A stretch of 64,000 bases of DNA, taken from positions 138,756 to 202,755 of the forward strand of contig CALSSN010000008.1 in NCBI GenBank assembly GCA_943789025.1, in the 5' to 3' direction. Every line of letters starts with the position of its first letter. Position 1 is the stretch's first letter. Source of the stretch: an uncultured Verrucomicrobiales bacterium. GTDB lineage: Bacteria > Verrucomicrobiota > Verrucomicrobiia > Verrucomicrobiales > DEV007. The position numbers were made by a program, and so were the translations under genes. Positions 36,532-44,483 of the stretch are shown here, piece after piece. The notes below the pieces were generated by a model that saw only the letters and a program-made list of their open reading frames with translations, was not told the origin of the DNA and made no database searches.

Positions 36532-38553
36532 TCACCCCTTGCTCAGCTGAAGTTCAAAGTCGGCTTCCAGGCGCTCAATTTTCTCTGACAGTGCATCCCA
36601 CTGAGAGTAGTTGGCTTCGATTTCCTGGTTGAGCTGCTGGAAGCGAACGCCCATCTCCCTGACTTTATCGGCATTTCCGGAGACATCCGGGTCAGACATC
36701 GCGGCGATAAGATCGGCTTTTTCTTTCTCGCGGGAAGAAATAGCTTCTTCGACCGTCTCGAGCTCGTCCTGGAGCGGTTTCAGGCTGGTGGCTTTTTCCT
36801 GGCGGATGCGTCCTTCGAGTTTCTTTTGTTCCTTGCGCCCCTTGCCTGTGGTCTTCCTTGCGGTGGAAGCCTCTCCCCCGAGTTGGGTGGCAGGGGAGGG
36901 GGTTTTGTTTTTTGCCTGTCCGTCGGCGCGCGCAGCGGCTTGTTCTGCCCGCTTTTTGTCGAGAAAGTCCGAGACGTTTCCAAGGTGGAGGCGCGGGCCG
37001 AGGCCGATCCGGAACTCGAGCACCTTGTCGACGATCGGGTCGAGAAAACTCCGGTTGTGAGAGACGATCAGGTAGGTCCCGGCATATGCTCGCAGCGCCT
37101 TCTGGAGCACCTCCTGTGACTGCATATCGAGGTGGTTGGTGGGCTCATCGAGGATAAGAAAATTCGCCGGCTGCGAGAGAATTTTGACCAGGGCAAGCCG
37201 CCCACGTTCGCCACCGGAGAGCACGTCGACGGACTTGAAGACATCGTCTCCGCGGAAAAGAAAGCACCCGAGGATGTTTCGAATTTCTGCGGCAGCCGCC
37301 CCGCGCAATCCTTCCTCGGCGGCTTCAAGGACCGTTTTTTTCGTACCTAGAGCATCGGCGTGATCTTGAGAAAAGTAGCCGGTGCGGACGTGGTGCCCTT
37401 CTTCCCGCGTTCCTGCGTCGATTGGCTCCTGGCCAGCAGCAATGCGCGAGAACGTTGATTTGCCGGCGCCGTTGACCCCGACGATGGCGATGCGATCTCC
37501 TTTCTCTACGGTGAAGTCGAGCCCCTCGAAGATAGGTTTCCCCGGGGTGTAGGCTTTGTTGATCCCGGAAAGATGCAGGACTTTCTGCCCACTTGGGGGG
37601 GGCTGGGGGAAGCGGAAGGACACCTCGGGACCTGCTGCCTCGAGTTCGATACGCTCCATTTTATCGAGCTGCTTGATCCGGCTCTGGACCATCGACGCCT
37701 TAGAGGCTTTGGCGCGGAAGCGATTGATAAGCTGCTCGGCCTTTTCAATCTCGCGTTGTTGGTTGGCGTAAGCGCGTTCGAGTTGTTCGCGGCGGGCGAC
37801 GCGTTCGCGGAGAAAGAAACTGTAGTTCCCTGCGTAGGAATTGACCTGCCCATTCTCGAAGGCGTAGGTTTTGTTGGTCAGGGCATCGAGGAGGGCAAGA
37901 TCATGGCTGATTAGAATGATCGCACCAGGATACTGTCTGAGATACTGTTCGAGCCAGGTAACCGATTCGATGTCGAGGTGGTTGGTGGGCTCGTCGAGGA
38001 GGAGCACATCCGGCTCACTGAGAAGAAGTTTGGCCAGGGCAATCCGCATTTGCCAGCCTCCCGAGAACTCACCGGTATCACGTTCGAGGTCTTCAGGATG
38101 GAAGCCGAGACCTGCGAGAACAGTTTCGATCTTCGGGCGCATGCGCGCGAGGTCATGGTTCTCGAGGCGGAGTTGCAGTTCACCAAACTCCTCGAGAACA
38201 CGGCCGTAGTCCTCGGATTTCGGGTCGAGTTCATCCATCTTCCGGCCGAGCAGGTCGAGAGTGTCCTGGAGAGCCAGCACCGCCTTGAAGGAGGTCTCAA
38301 CCTCGTCATAAAGGGATTTTCCGGCGTGGTTGACGCCATCCTGAGGAAGGTAACCCACCTCGGTGGAACGGGCCTTGACGATCTTTCCGGAATGAGGTTC
38401 CTCAAGATCACAGAGAATTTTGAGCAATGAGGATTTGCCTGAGCCATTGGGACCTGCGAGCGAGACCCGATCACCGGGACGGATGGTGAACGAGAGGTCC
38501 CGGAAGAGTCTTCGTCCTCCGAATTCGATTCCGACGTGATCAGCAGCTAGCAT
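36532..38553 (-). CDS. ABC-F family ATPase (two NBDs plus C-terminal coiled coil)
   Basis: 673 aa. Two Walker A sites (GPNGSGKSS, GVNGAGKST), two signature/Walker B sets (LLLDEPTNHLD, LILDEPTNHLD), no TM domain. Confidence 0.9.
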   Translation of the reverse strand: MLAADHVGIEFGGRRLFRDLSFTIRPGDRVSLAGPNGSGKSSLLKILCDLEEPHSGKIVKARSTEVGYLPQDGVNHAGKSLYDEVETSFKAVLALQDTLDLLGRKMDELDPKSEDYGRVLEEFGELQLRLENHDLARMRPKIETVLAGLGFHPEDLERDTGEFSGGWQMRIALAKLLLSEPDVLLLDEPTNHLDIESVTWLEQYLRQYPGAIILISHDLALLDALTNKTYAFENGQVNSYAGNYSFFLRERVARREQLERAYANQQREIEKAEQLINRFRAKASKASMVQSRIKQLDKMERIELEAAGPEVSFRFPQPPPSGQKVLHLSGINKAYTPGKPIFEGLDFTVEKGDRIAIVGVNGAGKSTFSRIAAGQEPIDAGTREEGHHVRTGYFSQDHADALGTKKTVLEAAEEGLRGAAAAEIRNILGCFLFRGDDVFKSVDVLSGGERGRLALVKILSQPANFLILDEPTNHLDMQSQEVLQKALRAYAGTYLIVSHNRSFLDPIVDKVLEFRIGLGPRLHLGNVSDFLDKKRAEQAAARADGQAKNKTPSPATQLGGEASTARKTTGKGRKEQKKLEGRIRQEKATSLKPLQDELETVEEAISSREKEKADLIAAMSDPDVSGNADKVREMGVRFQQLNQEIEANYSQWDALSEKIERLEADFELQLSKG

Positions 38554-38647
38554 GCGGCGGCTACGATGCCCGAGGATCGGCCCGGTGCAAGGGAGGGGCT
38601 ATCACATTGGACGATTGCGATTGAGCGGAATGAGGCAGAGCAACGGC

Positions 38648-41155
38648 TCATCCTTCGCGTGGGAAGCGCTTTGCGAGATCTTTGCGCACTTGCTTGGCTT
38701 CCTGAGCCATCCCGGCTTCCTGGTAGGCCTGAGCGGCTTTTTCCATCGCGCTTGGAGTGATGACCGAATCTTCGAAAATCTCGCTGACGACAATGTATTT
38801 GGCTGCGGCATCCTGGTAGTCTTTGCGGGCCATGGAAACATCACCCTGGGCGATGAGAAGCTCGGCGTTGATCCTTCCTTCTTTCTGAATCATCAGGCCC
38901 TCGCGGGCCGCCTCATCCGCTTCGTCGAGATTTCCGGCGGCAAGGTGAGTTTGGGTTTTGATGAGAAACCCACGTGCGCGTGAGGTCGGGTGGTTGGTGA
39001 AGTCGAGATAGAAATTAATCGCCTGAATGGCGCCCTCGTGGAGGCCAGACTTTGACTCAGCCTGGGCGAGATACATCCAGACAATGGGCAGAGTGGATTC
39101 CGGTTTGTCGGGCGTGACACCGAGGCGAAGATACTTGGCAGCTGCAGGGAAAGCATTCTCTTCAAATCGACTCGCCCCGAGCCACGAGAGAACTTTTGCG
39201 TCAATGGTTCCTTCGGGGTTTTTATCGAAGAAAAGGTCGATTTCTTTCGAAAGTTGATCGGTATTTTGGAGGAAATAGTTGCACAGCACGATACGCAATT
39301 GCGCGCGCGGGAAGTAGGAGTCGTCGAGTTCTACAGATTTTCGCAGAAGAGGGATCGCTTCCGTGAAGCGCTTGAGGTCGAAACGTCCCTTGCCGCTGAA
39401 AAAGTGCGCCTCGGCGAGGGCGATGGACTCAGGGAATTTTTCGATCAAGGCATCGAATGCCGTGATCATGCTCAGCCATTCCCGCTGCTCGCCATAGACG
39501 AGTCCTGACTGCTGGAAGGCCATTTCTGCTGCTGCCGTGTCAGGGTAATGTTCGAGGATGTGAGTAAAGTCCCGGAGCGCGCTTGCTCTGTCGCCAAGTT
39601 GCCGGTAGGCGAGACCTCGACTTGCGTAGACCGAAGGAGCGAGCTCGTGATCGGGGAAGTCGGTAAGAAACGAGGTGAGCGTGAGGCTTGCTTGCCTGTA
39701 AAGGCCGATTTCATTTTCGCACCATCCACGGTTGTAGAGCATGGAAGGGCGGATCTGCTTGGGAATGTTCTGAGGCTCAATGCTTGCGTAGGAGGAACCA
39801 GCAGCCTCAAAATTTCTATTGCTGAAATGTTGCTCCGCAGCCAGAAGAAGCGCGCGATCAATGAAGGTGCGTTTGCCACGTTTCGTCATGTTAAGGACGT
39901 AATTGGCGACGAATTCGGGAAGGTCCTGATCTCCGACTTTGTAAAAACAGATCAGCTTGAGGTAACCTGCTTCGACCGCTTCATCGGACGTGGCGTAGTA
40001 TTCTTCCGCGGTACCGTAGGTTTCGATCGCCTGGACGTACTGTTCCTGTTTTCGCTGGGCGTTCCCCATGGTGAGGAGGAGTTTCGGGCGGAGACTGCTA
40101 GGTAGTTCCTGGATCTCGATGTTCCGGAAGGCCTCGGCGAGGGCGGGAAAATCGCCTTGCTTGGAGGCCAGTTGGACGAGGGTGTAGTAGCCGACGGCGC
40201 CCCAGTAACCGCCGGGATTTTTCCCGAGAGCGGTTTCCAGAATCTGCTGTGCTTTTTCCACTTCATCGCCATCGCCGTAGAGCATAGCGGCGCGAATCAT
40301 GGCCTCGGTCTTAAGCTTCTCGTCTGAACTTTTAGCAGAGAGCTCTTCCAAGGCTGCGATCGCTCCCGTTTTGTCTGCTGTCTCCATGGTCAGGCGCACG
40401 ACTTCGCGGAGAGAAGTCTCCAGGTATTCGTTGTCCTCAGTCTCGGCGGTGACGATTTTGTAGACCGCAATTGCCTCCTCCGGTCGGTTTGTCGTCGCGA
40501 GGCAATAGGCGCGGTAGTAAGCGGATGAGAGCCAGAGATGTGCGTTTTCTTTGAGCGCGACAGTGACTTCCTCGATTTCTTCCGTATCACCTTGCTTGGT
40601 GGCCTCCTCGAGGGCTTTCTGGAGGATGGGTTTGTTGTCGTTTGCAGCGCTTTCCGTGATGGCGAAATAGATGAGTGCCCGCGCCGGGTCTTTCGCCTGG
40701 TAGTTGAGTGATGCCACGCGGTAGGCGGCAAGAGCCAGAAACTCGCCCTCCTTGTGTTTGCTGACGAGAGTGATGAAAGCGCGCTCTGCGCCTTTTTTAT
40801 CCCCGAGCTTAAGCTTCGATTCGCCCAGCCGGAAATACGCCGCTTGAAGGTGCCGGCCCTTGGGGTAGTTGAGGATGTAGGTCTGAAGTCGGTCGGCAGC
40901 AATTTTGTGGTAGCCATTGGAATAGGCAAGGCTCGCGTAGGTGTAGAGGTCATCCTCTGCTTTATCAGCCGCCTCCTGGGCAAGTTTTGCCGCCAGCTCA
41001 GGTCTCAGAGAGCCTGAGGCCCGGGCGTTTCTGTTCCGGCGCAGGTCGTCCTGCGCAGGCAGCCACGCGGTGCCCAACCATCCGACGAGCAAGATGCCTG
41101 ACGCAACTCGGAGCAGCGAATTTCGGGGGATCTGTCGACGAATGTGAATGGCCAT
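38648..41155 (-). CDS. Large periplasmic TPR-repeat protein
   Basis: ORF 38648..41533. The plausible start is ATG 41155 (MAIHIRRQ... then signal/anchor ILLVGWLGTAWLPAQ), which avoids overlap with exbD. Repeated A..Y....G....A TPR-like pattern throughout. Confidence 0.75.
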   Translation of the reverse strand: MAIHIRRQIPRNSLLRVASGILLVGWLGTAWLPAQDDLRRNRNARASGSLRPELAAKLAQEAADKAEDDLYTYASLAYSNGYHKIAADRLQTYILNYPKGRHLQAAYFRLGESKLKLGDKKGAERAFITLVSKHKEGEFLALAAYRVASLNYQAKDPARALIYFAITESAANDNKPILQKALEEATKQGDTEEIEEVTVALKENAHLWLSSAYYRAYCLATTNRPEEAIAVYKIVTAETEDNEYLETSLREVVRLTMETADKTGAIAALEELSAKSSDEKLKTEAMIRAAMLYGDGDEVEKAQQILETALGKNPGGYWGAVGYYTLVQLASKQGDFPALAEAFRNIEIQELPSSLRPKLLLTMGNAQRKQEQYVQAIETYGTAEEYYATSDEAVEAGYLKLICFYKVGDQDLPEFVANYVLNMTKRGKRTFIDRALLLAAEQHFSNRNFEAAGSSYASIEPQNIPKQIRPSMLYNRGWCENEIGLYRQASLTLTSFLTDFPDHELAPSVYASRGLAYRQLGDRASALRDFTHILEHYPDTAAAEMAFQQSGLVYGEQREWLSMITAFDALIEKFPESIALAEAHFFSGKGRFDLKRFTEAIPLLRKSVELDDSYFPRAQLRIVLCNYFLQNTDQLSKEIDLFFDKNPEGTIDAKVLSWLGASRFEENAFPAAAKYLRLGVTPDKPESTLPIVWMYLAQAESKSGLHEGAIQAINFYLDFTNHPTSRARGFLIKTQTHLAAGNLDEADEAAREGLMIQKEGRINAELLIAQGDVSMARKDYQDAAAKYIVVSEIFEDSVITPSAMEKAAQAYQEAGMAQEAKQVRKDLAKRFPREG

Positions 41156-41201
41156 GGAGGGTGGGGAATCGCGCTGTTCCAGGCGAGGAGTGCTGTGCTT
41201 G

Positions 41202-41636
41202 TCAGCCGTTGGCGGCGGGAGTTGCGGCGTCTGGTCGTGACGTCGCGAATGCGACGTTCCAGATACCTGCTTTTTGACAAATATCGAGCACCTTGATGAT
41301 ATGGTTGTAGGTGGCTTCAGAGTCTCCTCGGAGAATGACGGCTTGATCTTTGTGCACGGCAGCGATCCTTCTGAGTTTTCCCAGCAGTTGCTCCTCGGTG
41401 ATGGTGATGGCGTTGAGGACAATGGTGCCGTCATCCCGGACATTGACGATGATTTCTCCGACCGAGCGTTTCGGGTCCTGGCCCTCTTCGGCGGCGGGAA
41501 CGGAAATTTCGAGCTCGGTTTCGAAGCGTGCATAGCTCCAGGTAACGATGAAGAAGATAAGCAGCAGGAAGACGATGTCGATCATCGGCGCCAGCTGGAA
41601 ACTCGCTTCAGGCGTGCTGTTACTCCGGAACTTCAT
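41202..41636 (-). CDS. exbD: Biopolymer transport protein ExbD/TolR
   Basis: 144 aa. N-terminal LAPMIDIVFLLLIFFIV TM helix typical of ExbD/TolR. Confidence 0.85.
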   Translation of the reverse strand: MKFRSNSTPEASFQLAPMIDIVFLLLIFFIVTWSYARFETELEISVPAAEEGQDPKRSVGEIIVNVRDDGTIVLNAITITEEQLLGKLRRIAAVHKDQAVILRGDSEATYNHIIKVLDICQKAGIWNVAFATSRPDAATPAANG

Positions 41637-41714
41637 CGGTCTGTCATGGGATGTATTACCGTTGCCATGGCATCAGGTCATCGATCGGTCGGGTGCCAGG
41701 ATCGCGTTTCAGTT

Positions 41715-42557
41715 TTACTCGTAAGCTTCGCCGTAGGGTTCGCGTGCCTCCTGAGCCTGGGCTTGAGCTTGGGCTCTTTGCTGCTGGGTTACTTTTTTGT
41801 ACTGGGCTCCGAGAACAGCCATCAGGTGGGTGGCAGCAGCTTCGAGTTCCGAGATCAGCCGTTGGACACGTCCGCGGAAAATCGAGTAAAAAATGAGCGA
41901 CGGAATCCCGACCATGAGTCCGCCGGCAGTGGTAAGCAGCGCCTGGGAAACCCCTCCGGCCAGCTCAAGCTGTTTTGCTCCGAGAAAATTATCTTGGGCG
42001 ATTTCGTTGAAGGACGTGATCATGCCGATCACTGTCCCGAGCAGACCGACCATCGGGGCGATCGCTCCGACGTCTGCGAGGTAGGTGATACGCTGGTTGA
42101 GCAGGCTGGCCTGTCGACTCCCTTCAGCCTCCGTTACTTCGCGAACCTCATCAAATCCCGCGGTGGGGTTCTTCATGGCGAAGCTAAGGGTCTTCTGGGT
42201 GACCCTGGCGATGCACTCGTTCTGACGTTCGCAGACAGCGAGCAGGCCGGCGTAGTCGTCATTTCGAATCAGGGCGTCGGCTGCGTTCATGAACTTATCG
42301 CTCACCACCGTGCCCTGCCGTATGGTCAGGGTATAGAGGATGACGAGCGCGACGGCCAGAAAGGAAAGCGCAGCCAGCGGGTAGATGAGTGGGCCGGTCT
42401 TTTCCACGATTTCGAGGAATGAAACACCGGCAGCCACCACCTCCTGAGCCGGGGTATTTGCGGGATCGGCAGCGGTCTGCCCAAGAACAATTTCTGGTAG
42501 TATGAGCCCGGAGGCGAACAAGAAAAGAGGGAGCGTTTTCATGACGGAACCGGGCAT
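41715..42557 (-). CDS. exbB: MotA/TolQ/ExbB proton-channel family protein
   Basis: 280 aa. Signal-like N-terminus, then conserved GAIAPMVGLLGTVIGMI and ALLTTAGGLMVGIP segments. Confidence 0.85.
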   Translation of the reverse strand: MPGSVMKTLPLFLFASGLILPEIVLGQTAADPANTPAQEVVAAGVSFLEIVEKTGPLIYPLAALSFLAVALVILYTLTIRQGTVVSDKFMNAADALIRNDDYAGLLAVCERQNECIARVTQKTLSFAMKNPTAGFDEVREVTEAEGSRQASLLNQRITYLADVGAIAPMVGLLGTVIGMITSFNEIAQDNFLGAKQLELAGGVSQALLTTAGGLMVGIPSLIFYSIFRGRVQRLISELEAAATHLMAVLGAQYKKVTQQQRAQAQAQAQEAREPYGEAYE

Positions 42558-42806
42558 TGTAGCCGCCTAACCCGTGCATGCAATAGAGGAGCAACATGCC
42601 GTCTGAAGCTTTTCAGACGCATGGTAAGGGGTCCAGCGATGCTTGCAAGACTTTCGAAAGGCAGCATTCAGGAGGGCGGGCCCCAGGGAAGAAGAAGGAA
42701 GCCTGAGGTCCTGGCATGATTTGCAAAGCACTCGGAAGCTGATATTCGGGGGTTAGCTTTCTTTTTGGCAGAACATGGCATCCGGACTACTCTTTCCGCA
42801 AGGTCG

Positions 42807-44432
42807 ATGAGTGATGGCAGCGTAAAGAGGGCGAAACCCGATTTTCAGAAACGGTTGCATGAGGTGCCGCATAAGCCGGGGGTTTATCTGATGAAAGATC
42901 GGCTTGACCGGGTCATCTACGTAGGAAAGGCGCGCGATCTAAGAAAACGGTTGGCCAATTATTTCACTCCCTCCCGGAAAAGGCTCTCTGACTTGAAAAC
43001 TCGGGCGCTCATCGACGGAATCTGGGACTTCGAGATCCATGAAGTGCGGAACAACCAGGAGGCATTGCTGCTCGAAGGGAAGCTGATCAAAGAATTCCGC
43101 CCGCGTTACAATGTCGCCTTTCGTGACGACAAGCGATTCATGCTCGTGAAGGTCCATCTGGACGATCCATTCCCGCGCTTTGAGCCCGTACGGGTGAAAA
43201 AAGATGATGGCGCGCGTTATTTCGGGCCTTTTGCGCACTCAGGTCCTTTACGCACAACCCTCGACTGGATGAGCAGGGAGTTCGGCCTTCGGACCTGTCG
43301 GCCGCCGCGGCCAGGGGAGGTAGATTACCGCCATTGTAACGACGATGTGATCCGCAATTGCAGCGCGCCATGCATAGGAAAAATCACTCGTGCCGATTAC
43401 CTGACACAAGTCGAAGAGGCGTGTTCTTTTCTCGAAGGGAAGTCGAAAGAGACGGTGGCCGCATTGGAAGAAGAGATGGCTGAGGCTGCGCAGGCCATGG
43501 ACTTCGAGCGGGCGGCACAGCTCAGAGATATGGTCAACGACATGCGCTGCACCCTGCGACCGACCCGGCAGTTTACCCGCGGGCGTGGCCTGCCCAGATC
43601 AAAGGCCTCGGGAAAGGATCCGATGGGGGACGTCATCGATATCGGAGATGCTCTGGGCCTCGAGAGACCTCCGGTTGTCATGGAATGTTTCGATATTTCG
43701 AATATCTCTACCACCCATTGTGTCGCCTCAATGGTGCGCTTCCGAAATGGTGTGCCCGACAACTCCAGCTACCGGAGGTATCGCATCCGAGGAGTCGATG
43801 GTCAGAACGATTTTGCGAGTATGGCCGAGGTGATTCGGAGGCGTTATTCGCGGATCCTTCTGGGTGCCTGCAGGCTCGCTCCGGAAGAGTTGCAAGAGAG
43901 TCAGGAGCGCCCTCTCGAGGCTATGAGGCGCCTGGAAGTGAGGTGGGAGGGAAAGGAGCAAGGCAAGCATGCCGAAAAACGCACACCTTTTGTTCGCCTG
44001 CCCGACCTCGTGATTGTCGATGGCGGAAAAGGCCAGCTGTCCGCAGCCATGGAGGAGCTTCAGAGGCTCGGACTGGAGGATCTTGCCATTGTCGGCTTGG
44101 CCAAAGAACGGGAAGAGATTTTTCGGCCCGGCCAGAGTGATCCGGTGGTGCTGGCTCACGATCGCGGTGGATTGCAGTTGCTTCAGCGGATCAGGGACGA
44201 GGCCCACCGCTTTGCCAATGGTTACCACCAACTTCTGATGAAGCGTCGGATCGCAGAAAGCATCCTGGACGACTGTCCCGGGGTGAGCGAGACTCGTAAG
44301 AGAGCTCTTCTCGTGGATTTTGGTTCGGTTCGTCGCTTGCGCAAAGCATCCCCCTCGGAAATTGCCTCCGTCCGGGGAATCAGCGCCAACCTGGCCAAAG
44401 ACGTCTGGGAGTTCCTCCAGACCCACCGTTGA
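42807..44432 (+). CDS. uvrC: Excinuclease ABC subunit C
   Basis: ORF 42765..44432 (TTG). First in-frame ATG at 42807. GIY-YIG (PGVYLMKD...VIYVGKA), UVR motif (FERAAQLRD), endonuclease V-like domain and C-terminal HhH2. Confidence 0.9.
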   Translation: MSDGSVKRAKPDFQKRLHEVPHKPGVYLMKDRLDRVIYVGKARDLRKRLANYFTPSRKRLSDLKTRALIDGIWDFEIHEVRNNQEALLLEGKLIKEFRPRYNVAFRDDKRFMLVKVHLDDPFPRFEPVRVKKDDGARYFGPFAHSGPLRTTLDWMSREFGLRTCRPPRPGEVDYRHCNDDVIRNCSAPCIGKITRADYLTQVEEACSFLEGKSKETVAALEEEMAEAAQAMDFERAAQLRDMVNDMRCTLRPTRQFTRGRGLPRSKASGKDPMGDVIDIGDALGLERPPVVMECFDISNISTTHCVASMVRFRNGVPDNSSYRRYRIRGVDGQNDFASMAEVIRRRYSRILLGACRLAPEELQESQERPLEAMRRLEVRWEGKEQGKHAEKRTPFVRLPDLVIVDGGKGQLSAAMEELQRLGLEDLAIVGLAKEREEIFRPGQSDPVVLAHDRGGLQLLQRIRDEAHRFANGYHQLLMKRRIAESILDDCPGVSETRKRALLVDFGSVRRLRKASPSEIASVRGISANLAKDVWEFLQTHR

Positions 44433-44483
44433 CCACTCAATGCGCTTGCGTTGATGCTCGATCTTCTTTACTGACTAGAAATT

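Noticed and set aside
41274-42422. 382-aa plus-strand ORF
   Set aside because: It is antisense to exbD and exbB, both with clear family motifs. A shadow ORF typical of GC-rich DNA. The same reasoning applies to 18408..19358 (antisense lysA), 53443..54414 (antisense GT4), 10551..11249 (antisense ABC ATPase) and 20077..20553 (antisense argC).
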